Assembly: GCA_964421595.1 (NCBI GenBank)
Contig: CAYQXY010000003.1
Span: 53,053 to 117,052 of the forward strand
Origin: an uncultured Bacteroidales bacterium
Lineage (GTDB): Bacteria > Bacteroidota > Bacteroidia > Bacteroidales > PUMT01
Length of the DNA: 64,000 bases
Reading direction: 5' to 3'
A program made the translations under genes and the position numbers. The notes under the pieces were generated by a model, which saw only the letters and a program-made list of their open reading frames with translations, ran no database searches and was not told where the DNA came from. This document shows positions 19,692 to 27,109 of this stretch, in pieces (position 1 is the first letter of the stretch; each line of letters opens with the position of its first letter).

Positions 19692-21217
19692 TAGCCTACA
19701 TCCTTAAAGCGACCCTTTTTTCGGCACTACTTTTCCTTGTATACGCACTTTTTATGGAAAAGGAGAAAATGCACCGGTTTAAAAGGTTCTACCTTTTAGC
19801 TAGCATTGCACTTCCTTTCATTGCTCCAATATTAACCATTCCCTCCCTTTCCTTTATACCGCAGCTACCCTTAGCCATTAATCGGTCTGCTATAAGTCCG
19901 GGGAGTTTTGAAATTCCCGCCTCTATAACTTTTTACAACACAACCGAAGGTGACATACCAGCGAACAATACTCAGAATACGGTACCACAAGCGGTATCTG
20001 TTTCAGGAAGTCAAGAAATTTGGTTCATAATATTTGCAATCAGTTACCTTATAGTGACATTGGTTATGATAATCAGATTTATCAGAAATATTATTTCTAT
20101 TTACCTTACAATAAAATCCAACAGATTCGTTTCATACTTTGAAGGGACGCTTGTTTTAACTAAAGAGAACCGGATACCACACAGTTTCCTTAAGTATATC
20201 TTCGTCAACCGGGAGGATTATGAAAATGGGTTGATTGAAAAGGAAATATTGAGACATGAATATACTCATGTAAGCCAAAAACATTCCTTAGATATTTTGT
20301 TTGTTGAACTTATTGTGACTTTTGCCTGGATAAATCCGCTCTTGTTTTTTTACCAGAAAGCGATCAGGCTCAATCATGAATTTTTAGCCGACCAGGCTGT
20401 TATAGAAGAATATTCCGACACTCAGAAATATCAATATCTGTTATTTGAAAAAACCAGACTTATAAATAGTTTATCCCTTTCAAGCCCATTCAATTATTTA
20501 CTAACTAAGAAAAGAATAATGATGATGAGCAGAAAAGCATCTCCCGGGATTGCAATTCTGAAACAAATTGCAATCATACCATTTATTGCAGTCACAGGTT
20601 TATTATTTACTGCAAAGGGAAGTGATGAGGACATGACCGGTGCAATAGATAAGCAACACGTAATCGCAGAACAAACTGATGCATCATTCTGGGAGCTGGT
20701 TGTCAGAACTGACGACTCGGGGAATGTAATTGAGGAAATAATCGGAGAATTTAAAGGAACAATGGATGATAATTATGTCTCAGATGTACCAATAAAAGTT
20801 AAAGTTTTTGTTACAAAGCGTAAGGAAGGAGAAATGTTCACCGAGTTCTATGAAGCAGATGGTACTACACCGGAGAATTTGCATAAAAAAAATAGTCAGC
20901 TTGTAAATTTCAAAACACAGTCTTTTGTTGATCTTGAAATAAGCCTCCGCTCTGGAGAGACTTTAGAGATGCAACAAATGGTTGGGGGATCGCATATATG
21001 GGATTTCTATACTAAAGTTGTTCCACCTCCTCCCGGCGCCCCTGAAGGTTTAAGGTTTGGTGAACCCAGAACTGGGGATTTGCTGAAGCTCATTATGGAG
21101 CAAGATAGCAGAGTTAGCATTAAGGTTGATTTCCGGACAACTGAAGAATTTAGCAACAAAATATATCGTTTTGATATTGACCCTGCCGGCCTGAAAGAGT
21201 TATTCTCAAAGTTATAA
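19688..21217 (+). CDS. BlaR1-like M56 family peptidase / signal transducer with non-canonical C-terminal domain
   Basis: N-terminal TM helices are followed by the zinc motif HEYTHVSQKH (HExxH). The C-terminal ~200 aa has a PPPPGAPEG linker. I recognise no penicillin-binding or TonB_C motif there. Confidence 0.8.
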   Translation: MIAYILKATLFSALLFLVYALFMEKEKMHRFKRFYLLASIALPFIAPILTIPSLSFIPQLPLAINRSAISPGSFEIPASITFYNTTEGDIPANNTQNTVPQAVSVSGSQEIWFIIFAISYLIVTLVMIIRFIRNIISIYLTIKSNRFVSYFEGTLVLTKENRIPHSFLKYIFVNREDYENGLIEKEILRHEYTHVSQKHSLDILFVELIVTFAWINPLLFFYQKAIRLNHEFLADQAVIEEYSDTQKYQYLLFEKTRLINSLSLSSPFNYLLTKKRIMMMSRKASPGIAILKQIAIIPFIAVTGLLFTAKGSDEDMTGAIDKQHVIAEQTDASFWELVVRTDDSGNVIEEIIGEFKGTMDDNYVSDVPIKVKVFVTKRKEGEMFTEFYEADGTTPENLHKKNSQLVNFKTQSFVDLEISLRSGETLEMQQMVGGSHIWDFYTKVVPPPPGAPEGLRFGEPRTGDLLKLIMEQDSRVSIKVDFRTTEEFSNKIYRFDIDPAGLKELFSKL

Positions 21218-21370
21218 TTTAAGCCTGATTTACCTGTAATTGCCCAAACAGCATATAGTACCGAAGCTGACAAAAATAAAGCTTTGGCATGTGGTTTTTC
21301 AGATTTTATGAGCAAACCCATTAACAAAAATTTGTTATTATCTAAAATTTATGAACAACTTAATAAATAG
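21218..21370 (+). pseudogene. 3' relic of a response-regulator receiver domain (about 50 codons)
   Basis: It translates as FKPDLPVIAQTAYSTEADKNKALACGFSDFMSKPINKNLLLSKIYEQLNK*, which is the last beta/alpha units of a REC domain including the conserved KP. It has no start codon and begins immediately after the blaR1 TAA, in frame with it. Confidence 0.6.
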
Positions 21371-21424
21371 ATTTTCTTAAAAATTGCAAAATTTTGGTAT
21401 AAAAAAATGGTTATATTGCCTGCA

Positions 21425-21796
21425 ATGAAAATAATACTAGCAATCGGTACAGGTAGTTTTATCGGCGGAGTTCTTCGTTACCTTCTATCCCACCTTGTAC
21501 AAACAAAATTTCTCTCTGCTTTTCCCTTCGGCACACTTACAGTAAATATTATTGGTTGCTTCCTTATCGGGTTGGTATTCGGATTGACAGAAAAAGGTAT
21601 TCTTACACAAGAATGGAGGCTATTCCTTGCAACCGGACTGCTTGGCGGATTTACAACTTTTTCGGCTTTCTCAATAGAGACAATGTCCATGTTTCGGGAT
21701 GGACAGTTTTTATATGCTGCCGTTTACATCTCTTCAAGTGTGTTGGTCGGTATAATTGCAACATTTACCGGATTTGCAATAATTAAATTATTTTAA
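21425..21796 (+). CDS. crcB: fluoride ion channel CrcB/FluC
   Basis: ORF 21407..21796, with a likely start at MKIILAIGTGSFIGGVLRY (21425). It has four TM segments, the GGFTTFSAFS motif, and a length of about 124 aa. Confidence 0.9.
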   Translation: MKIILAIGTGSFIGGVLRYLLSHLVQTKFLSAFPFGTLTVNIIGCFLIGLVFGLTEKGILTQEWRLFLATGLLGGFTTFSAFSIETMSMFRDGQFLYAAVYISSSVLVGIIATFTGFAIIKLF

Positions 21797-21819
21797 ATTA
21801 TTGAAACACCCCGAATTAC

Positions 21820-21940
21820 TTTTTTACCACATTTCATGCTAAAACGAAAAGACCGCTGCAATCATTTGATTTACCGCGGTCTGCAATTACTGGAGTAGCC
21901 TCATCAGAACTAATTTTTTCCATATCCTGCTGATTATCAA
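21820..21940. repeat. module B: TTTTTTACCAC box, terminator-like hairpin, degenerate tRNA-Arg 3'-end 14-mer (21896-21909) and shared element arm
   Basis: TAGCCTCATCAGAA matches 12 of 14 positions of the tRNA 3' end TAGCCTCACCAGGA. The following ACTAATTTTTTCCATATCCTGCTGATTATCAA matches the arm at 22697-22728. A further TTTTTTACCACAT box lies at 21947. Confidence 0.65.
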
Positions 21941-22063
21941 ATATCCTTTTTTACCACATCGGTGCAGATATTTTACAAGGAAAGATGGAGGTTGGTGAGA
22001 AATTAATTGATATAAAGTAAATTTTTATTTACCTTTATGATTAGATCAAGACCAGAATAACTA

Positions 22064-22249
22064 ATGAAATGTTCTGAACTTTACAGGATTCTGATTAAAG
22101 ATGGATGGTATCCGTTTTCACAAAAGGGGTAACATGTAAAAATGAAACATGATAAAAAAGACGGGGTCATTGTTTTTCCCAGTCATGGTAGCCAGGAAGT
22201 TGGAAAGGGACTTGAAAAGAAAATATTAAAAGACGCAGGATTAAGATAG
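22064..22249 (+). pseudogene. hicA: hicA toxin gene interrupted by an in-frame TAA at 22130-22132
   Basis: It translates as MKCSELYRILIKDGWYPFSQKG*HVKMKHDKKDGVIVFPSHGSQEVGKGLEKKILKDAGLR. This is the HicA pattern with the Ser of the conserved G-S-H replaced by a stop (TAA versus TCA). The gene ends 3 nt before hicB. Confidence 0.8.
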
Positions 22250-22252
22250 TGA

Positions 22253-22669
22253 ATGAAAGGGATGCTTATTATGCAAACAACAAAGAAAAAAATAAAAGTC
22301 ATCGTTGAAAAAACAGATACAGGGTTCTCTGCCTTCTGTGATGATTATCCAGTATTTACCACAGGCAGGACAGTGCCTGAACTGATTGATAATGCACTGG
22401 AAGCAGTTAATCTTTATTTCGAAGATGAAGGTTTAGAGTTCACCCATGATAATTTGAGTTTTGAAATTGACTTTAAACAGTTTTTTCAATATTACAAAGT
22501 ATTGAACTCGAAATTTCTTGCTCACAAAATAGGAATGAACCCAACCCTTCTTTCACAGTATGTCCAGGGTCATAAAAAACCATCGGCAAAACAAACTGAA
22601 AAAATTTTGGCAGGTATTCATCAGATTGGAAAGGAATTGTCTGAGATCAACCTGATAAATAAAAAATAA
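22253..22669 (+). CDS. hicB: HicB family antitoxin with C-terminal XRE-type HTH
   Basis: An N-terminal HicB/UPF0150-like fold is present (KVIVEKTDTGFSAFCDDYPVFTTGRTVPELIDNALEAVNLYFE). The C-terminal HTH is LAHKIGMNPTLLSQYVQGHKKPS. Confidence 0.8.
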   Translation: MKGMLIMQTTKKKIKVIVEKTDTGFSAFCDDYPVFTTGRTVPELIDNALEAVNLYFEDEGLEFTHDNLSFEIDFKQFFQYYKVLNSKFLAHKIGMNPTLLSQYVQGHKKPSAKQTEKILAGIHQIGKELSEINLINKK

Positions 22670-22683
22670 TTTGTCTAATGTGT

Positions 22684-22728
22684 TAGCCTCACCAGGACTA
22701 AATTTTATCATATTCCACTGATTATCAA
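22684..22728. repeat. module C: perfect 14-nt copy of the tRNA-Arg 3' end (22684-22697) plus shared element arm
   Basis: TAGCCTCACCAGGA is identical to 23941-23954. The following CTAAATTTTATCATATTCCACTGATTATCAA parallels module B. A TTTTTTACCACAT box lies at 22799-22811. Confidence 0.65.
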
Positions 22729-22877
22729 GACCACTTTTTAAATAATTGGCACTTTTTATATCACAAATCTTGTATAAGGTACAACAGACCTATTGAAATT
22801 TTTTACCACATAAGGATGTCTAATAAAACTGATAGATCCGAATATATCCTGCCTATGGTTAAGTTATAATTGTCTCG

Positions 22878-22885
22878 TATATTTG
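22878..22885 (+). promoter_or_regulatory. candidate -7 promoter box TATATTTG upstream of the nucleotidyltransferase gene
   Basis: It matches the TAnnTTTG consensus and lies 29 nt upstream of the ATG at 22914. Confidence 0.35.
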
Positions 22886-22913
22886 TGATAATCGATTAAA
22901 TGTCTAGGTAACC

Positions 22914-23237
22914 ATGACAACTAATATAGAAATTCTAAAAGCTGTTAAATCACGCTTAAAAGTGGAACTGGGCGATAATTTAAACAAGGTAATTTTATTT
23001 GGTTCGAGGATAACTAAAAAGGTAAACGAGTTTAGTGATTTTGATGTTCTTATTATCCTTAATGCACCTTTTCACTGGACAACTAAAAATCTTATACGTG
23101 ATATCTGTTACGAAATATCCCTGGAGAAGGATGTTTTAATCGATTCAAAAATTATTTATGCGGCCGATCCGGAAACAAAATTCTGGGGTAAACATCCATT
23201 ATTTACTGATACAATAAAAAACGGTATTCATGTCTGA
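22914..23237 (+). CDS. nucleotidyltransferase domain protein (MNT-type antitoxin-like)
   Basis: The GS-x10-DxD motif is present (LFGSRITKKVNEFSDFDVLII). Length is 107 aa. No HEPN partner is adjacent. Confidence 0.75.
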   Translation: MTTNIEILKAVKSRLKVELGDNLNKVILFGSRITKKVNEFSDFDVLIILNAPFHWTTKNLIRDICYEISLEKDVLIDSKIIYAADPETKFWGKHPLFTDTIKNGIHV

Positions 23238-23248
23238 AAATTTGACTT

Positions 23249-23713
23249 ATGAGACAAAGAATTTATATTGATACATCAGTAATAGGTGGTTATTATGACG
23301 ATGAGTTTGAAGATCCTACAAAAGCCCTTTTTAATCGCTTTGATAATGACGAAATAATTTTTGTGGTTTCAGATTTGCTTGATCTTGAATTGACTTTCGC
23401 CCCAGAACGAGTTAAAAACCTGCTGCGAAAATACCCTGGCGTGAAATTTGAACGAATAACACTTACCGAAGAAGCAATACAACTTGCGGATAAATAAATA
23501 TCAGAGAAAGTTGTCGGGAGAACAAGCCTTGAAGATTGCAGACATATTGCCATTGCCACTATAAATCGTGTTGATGTATTAGCCAGTTGGAATTTTAAAC
23601 ACATTGTAAACCTGGAAAAAATTAAAGGATATAATTCCGTAAATTTGCGAATGGGTTATCCAATGTTGGAAATAAGAAGTCCTAAAGACCTCCTTAGATA
23701 TGAAAACGACTAA
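23249..23713 (+). pseudogene. PIN-like (VapC-like) gene interrupted by an in-frame TAA at 23495-23497
   Basis: ORF 23249..23497 (MRQRIYIDTSVIGG...) continues in the same frame after the stop as ISEKVVGRTSLEDCRHIAIATINRVDVLASWNFKHIVN...END*. The two parts together give about 154 aa with the acidic residues and D-x-x-H-I-A motif of a PIN fold. Confidence 0.6.
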
Positions 23714-23861
23714 AGTAAAAACTTTTGATGCGGTGAAGATTCAGCGTGAAATTCGGAATAAAATAAGTTCCGAAACAGCCAACATGTCCTTTGCCGAGTT
23801 AAAAAATTACATTATGCATAGAGTTGAGAAAAGTGGATTTAAGCCAATCGGAAAGGACTAA
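23700..23861 (+). CDS. hypothetical small protein (53 aa), not in ORF track
   Basis: My translation is MKTTKVKTFDAVKIQREIRNKISSETANMSFAELKNYIMHRVEKSGFKPIGKD. The start overlaps the PIN-like reading frame by 14 nt, suggesting a coupled pair. Confidence 0.4.
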   Translation: MKTTKVKTFDAVKIQREIRNKISSETANMSFAELKNYIMHRVEKSGFKPIGKD

Positions 23862-23889
23862 TTTTTTTACCACTTTCGGACATTAAAAC

Positions 23890-23927
23890 GAAAAAGACCA
23901 CTGCAATCTATTGATTTACAGCGGTCT
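23890..23927 (-). terminator. rho-independent terminator of tRNA-Arg
   Basis: On the minus strand, AGACCGCTG and CAGTGGTCT form a 9-bp stem followed by TTTTT, starting 13 nt after the tRNA 3' end. Confidence 0.6.
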
Positions 23928-23940
23928 GTGATTTTAGAAG

Positions 23941-24012
23941 TAGCCTCACCAGGAATCGAACCTGGATCTACGGTTTAGGAAACCGCTATTCTATCCATTG
24001 AACTATGAGGCC
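23941..24012 (-). tRNA. tRNA-Arg (anticodon CCT)
   Basis: The reverse complement is GGCCTCATAGTTCAATGGATAGAATAGCGGTTTCCTAAACCGTAGATCCAGGTTCGATTCCTGGTGAGGCTA. It folds as a cloverleaf with a 7-bp acceptor stem, TTCGATT T-loop and anticodon loop TTCCTAA. No CCA is encoded. Confidence 0.9.
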
Positions 24013-24282
24013 GGTAATACGTTTTTAAGAACTTGATCTGACAGCAAAAAGGCCGGAGACTTAACCCGTGCATTTTTTGAAGCCGGGGACAAAAATAACT
24101 ATAATTGCTGTTGAAACAAAAATCCGGGTCAAAATAGTTTAACTAATTGTCACAAGTCATATAATGATTATCTTTGAGGCCTGAACAAGGGAGTTGACAG
24201 GGGACTGATTCCACCGGTCAATTTCCGGATGTGGAAGCAGGAATATCCTTAAAAGAATATAATAAACCAACATTAAGCCAGA

Positions 24283-24825
24283 TTGAATTATATAGATCTT
24301 ATTATCCTGCTGGTATTTGCATGGGCAGCTTTCAGGGGTTTTACAAAGGGGCTTGTAGTAATGGTTGCGGCATTTATTGCCCTGATAATCGGCCTGTGGG
24401 GAGCCGTGAAGTATTCTGGAATTGTAGCCGGCTGGCTTGTTGATACAATGAATGTTTCATCGCCTTATATGCAGCTTGTATCATTCACAGTAACATTCCT
24501 CGGGATAGTAATTGCCATAAATGTGGCTGCATTCTTACTGAGCCGGCTGCTTGATGCTATCGCGCTGGGTTTTGTAAACCGGTTGCTTGGCGTTTTTTTC
24601 GGAATATTAAAAATGGCCTTACTACTGAGTGTGCTCTTCCTTGTACTCAATTCAATAAATGTCAGATATGAATTTTTACCGGAAGATGATGTTGATAATT
24701 CAATGCTTTACAAGCCTGTTGCAAAACTGGCCCCCGGTATCTTTCCTTTCCTGCAATTTGATACCATCTCCAAAGAAATTGAAAAACTGGTAGGAGATTC
24801 CATTGATCAGACCAATCATATTTAA
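24283..24825 (+). CDS. cvpA: CvpA family membrane protein
   Basis: The N-terminus MNYIDLIILLVFAWAAFRGFTKGLV is typical. The protein has four TM segments and is 180 aa long. Confidence 0.8.
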   Translation: MNYIDLIILLVFAWAAFRGFTKGLVVMVAAFIALIIGLWGAVKYSGIVAGWLVDTMNVSSPYMQLVSFTVTFLGIVIAINVAAFLLSRLLDAIALGFVNRLLGVFFGILKMALLLSVLFLVLNSINVRYEFLPEDDVDNSMLYKPVAKLAPGIFPFLQFDTISKEIEKLVGDSIDQTNHI

Positions 24826-24999
24826 CCCGGATAATTTCTTTTCCTTCTAATATTACCCTGATATTTCATTCTACAAAGAGCCTAAGGCTTTTTCTAGAAT
24901 TCAGCATTCTGATCGGTTATTTCTGGAAAATATAATTGTGATCACGGGGCAGTTAACCTGGTTCAGAAATGGGTTTAATGTTTTAATCCATCCTTGAAA

Positions 25000-26586
25000 T
25001 TAAAACTGTGAGAGTATCTGTACAAATATTATAAGGAGAACCATGGCAATCGGGTAAACAGTTGCGTATGCAATCTGTGGTGCATTACTTGTTGTGACAG
25101 GGTCAATTGCTGCCAGGCCGGGAGTGCTTGTCATACCACCGGTAATTGTGCCAAAAAGCGTAAGCAGATTCATCCTGAAAAAAAAATGTGCAACAACTGA
25201 CGAAATTATCATCGGGATAATTGTGATCAAAATTCCGGCAATAAACAGATTAATGCCATAAGACTGGTAGGTTTCAACAAGATGTTCCCCTGCCTGAGTC
25301 CCAACTGCTGCAAGAAAAAACAGAAGTCCAAGTTGTCTTAACAACTGGTTGGCCGATGCTGACATTGACCATACAACCGGCCCTGTCCTGCCAAGGTTGC
25401 CAAGCACCAGGGCAACCAGCAGCACTCCGCCGGCAAGTCCGGGACTAAAACTAAAATCTTCTGAAAAACTGATATTAATACGACCGACAAGAATGCCTAA
25501 GATAATTCCTGCTGCAATTGGAAACATATTGGTATCTGAAAGCTTTTTTTCCTGATTCCCAAATATAATGGCCACAGTCTTCATATTCTCCTTGTTCGAA
25601 GCAATAAGCAACTTATCGCCAAAACGAATCTGAGAAGTATCAGTGGGAACTATATCTATTCCACTCCTCCTGATGCGTGTAATAGTGGCATTGAAGTTTG
25701 AGAACAGGTTCAGCTGACCGACGGTCTTGTTAACAACCTCTTTATTTGTGACCAGTATTGACTGAACATCATAATCTTCGCCCAGGGGGATTTGTCGGTC
25801 AGTAGGCCGTCCAATCAGAAACTTCACTTTATTGAGGGCCTCCCTGCTTCCGACGGCCCTGACAAGATCACCCCTGTGAAGTATTGTTCCCGGCGAAGGT
25901 GTCATGGCCATTCCTTCTGAAAGCACCCTGGAGATACTTGCTCCTGTCATACTCCTGATCTTCAGATCGCCAATAGTTTTTCCATGTATATTCTCGTTCT
26001 CAACAACAAAATGGCGGTTACAAACTTCGGGATATATATTCTGAAGCTGCATGTCAATATCTTGCTCCGCATCTTTGACCCGGTAATTCAGAATACCCGG
26101 AAGAAGCCTGATAAATAAAATTACACCGATAACGCCAAACGGATAAGCAATTCCATAACCAATTGACGCAAGGGAAGACCCGGTTGTATCTATTGCCGCA
26201 GCAAGCCCGGGAGTGCTGGTAAGGGCCCCGGTAAACAGTCCCACTGCCATGTAATAATCGATATCAAATAGCCATGCAGTAAAAAGGGCAGTACCTGCAG
26301 CAAGGCTGACAAGTAATGAAGCTACGAGTATAAGAGAGGGGCCCCTTGAAGCAAAGGACTGAAAAAAACCTGGGCCGGCCTGCAGGCCAATGGTAAAAAT
26401 AAAGAGAACCATACCCACTTCCTGGAACTCTGATGGAATGATAATTCCAAAGTGCCCAAAAAATAGTGCAACAAAAATTACTGCTGATATATCCAGTGAA
26501 ATTCCTTTTATCTTTATTCGCCCAATGATAAACCCAATGGCAATTATCAGAAAAAGAGTAAATGAGGCAACTAAAAAGACAGACAT
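25000..26586 (-). CDS. YidE/YbjL-type (AAE family) transporter with two central TrkA-C domains
   Basis: Duplicated membrane halves flank two RCK_C-like segments. The ATG at 26586 (MSVFLV) is preferred over the GTG at 26610, because that GTG overlaps the promoter box. Confidence 0.75.
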   Translation of the reverse strand: MSVFLVASFTLFLIIAIGFIIGRIKIKGISLDISAVIFVALFFGHFGIIIPSEFQEVGMVLFIFTIGLQAGPGFFQSFASRGPSLILVASLLVSLAAGTALFTAWLFDIDYYMAVGLFTGALTSTPGLAAAIDTTGSSLASIGYGIAYPFGVIGVILFIRLLPGILNYRVKDAEQDIDMQLQNIYPEVCNRHFVVENENIHGKTIGDLKIRSMTGASISRVLSEGMAMTPSPGTILHRGDLVRAVGSREALNKVKFLIGRPTDRQIPLGEDYDVQSILVTNKEVVNKTVGQLNLFSNFNATITRIRRSGIDIVPTDTSQIRFGDKLLIASNKENMKTVAIIFGNQEKKLSDTNMFPIAAGIILGILVGRINISFSEDFSFSPGLAGGVLLVALVLGNLGRTGPVVWSMSASANQLLRQLGLLFFLAAVGTQAGEHLVETYQSYGINLFIAGILITIIPMIISSVVAHFFFRMNLLTLFGTITGGMTSTPGLAAIDPVTTSNAPQIAYATVYPIAMVLLIIFVQILSQF

Positions 26587-26609
26587 TATTATAAGAAGTT
26601 TAAGCAGCA

Positions 26610-26617
26610 CAAAATTA
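26610..26617 (-). promoter_or_regulatory. candidate -7 box TAATTTTG for the YidE-like gene
   Basis: The minus-strand sequence TAATTTTG matches TAnnTTTG and ends 23 nt upstream of the ATG at 26586. Confidence 0.35.
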
Positions 26618-26792
26618 TGCTAAAAATTCAGATATTCCGTTTTATTAACATCTTAATCCCTTCTTGATTTTAGGGTGTTTATGAATGGGTTGAAATTAAT
26701 AAATGAAAAATATTACTGGTTAGTAATTTTTTTTTTAAAAATTGATTAAAATTGTAATTATAAATTAATTGACATTCTATTTTTTAAAAGTG

Positions 26793-27023
26793 ATGAAGTC
26801 TAAAAAGTCGTCAGGAGATTTTCAGGAAAACGATGCTTTCAGAGGTAAGAGAAAGCATAAACTTGCTCCTGTCAAAAAGCAAAAATCACAGAAAACTCAA
26901 TTTCTGGATGAAATAGAGGACTTTGATGATGATTTTCTTGATTACAAAGCCGAAGATCTGGATGATCTGTATGAAGATCTTGATGAAGATGATGAGGATG
27001 ATGATGATGAGGATGATGACTGA
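26793..27023 (+). CDS. hypothetical protein with basic N-terminus and poly-acidic C-terminus
   Basis: ORF 26769..27023, with an ATG at 26793 (MKSKKSS). The C-terminal 45 aa is almost entirely D/E (DEDDEDDDDEDDD). Confidence 0.4.
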   Translation: MKSKKSSGDFQENDAFRGKRKHKLAPVKKQKSQKTQFLDEIEDFDDDFLDYKAEDLDDLYEDLDEDDEDDDDEDDD

Positions 27024-27109
27024 CCCGGACCGGGAAACAGTTTTTGTCTTGTCCTGATATCGATATCATATATTACAGGCTCAGTGCCTTAATACAGACG
27101 ATTACCGTA

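Noticed and set aside
21007-21327. Minus-strand 106-aa ORF spanning the blaR1 end and the receiver relic
   Set aside because: It is antisense to a well-supported CDS and to the recognisable receiver fragment. No motifs.
21371-21424. Fluoride riboswitch (crcB motif) upstream of crcB
   Set aside because: The 54-nt leader is AT-rich. It has no GGCGATG...AACCGCC...CTGATGA-type conserved elements and no pseudoknot-capable pairing that I could find.
22130-23497. TAA read as a sense codon (genetic-code reassignment or recoding) to explain the two in-frame TAA codons in hicA and the PIN-like gene
   Set aside because: Many well-supported genes in this window end at TAA at the expected length, including the porin, nrfH, the hybrid kinase, blaR1 and bactofilin. 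TAA is therefore a functional stop here, and pseudogenisation is the simpler explanation.
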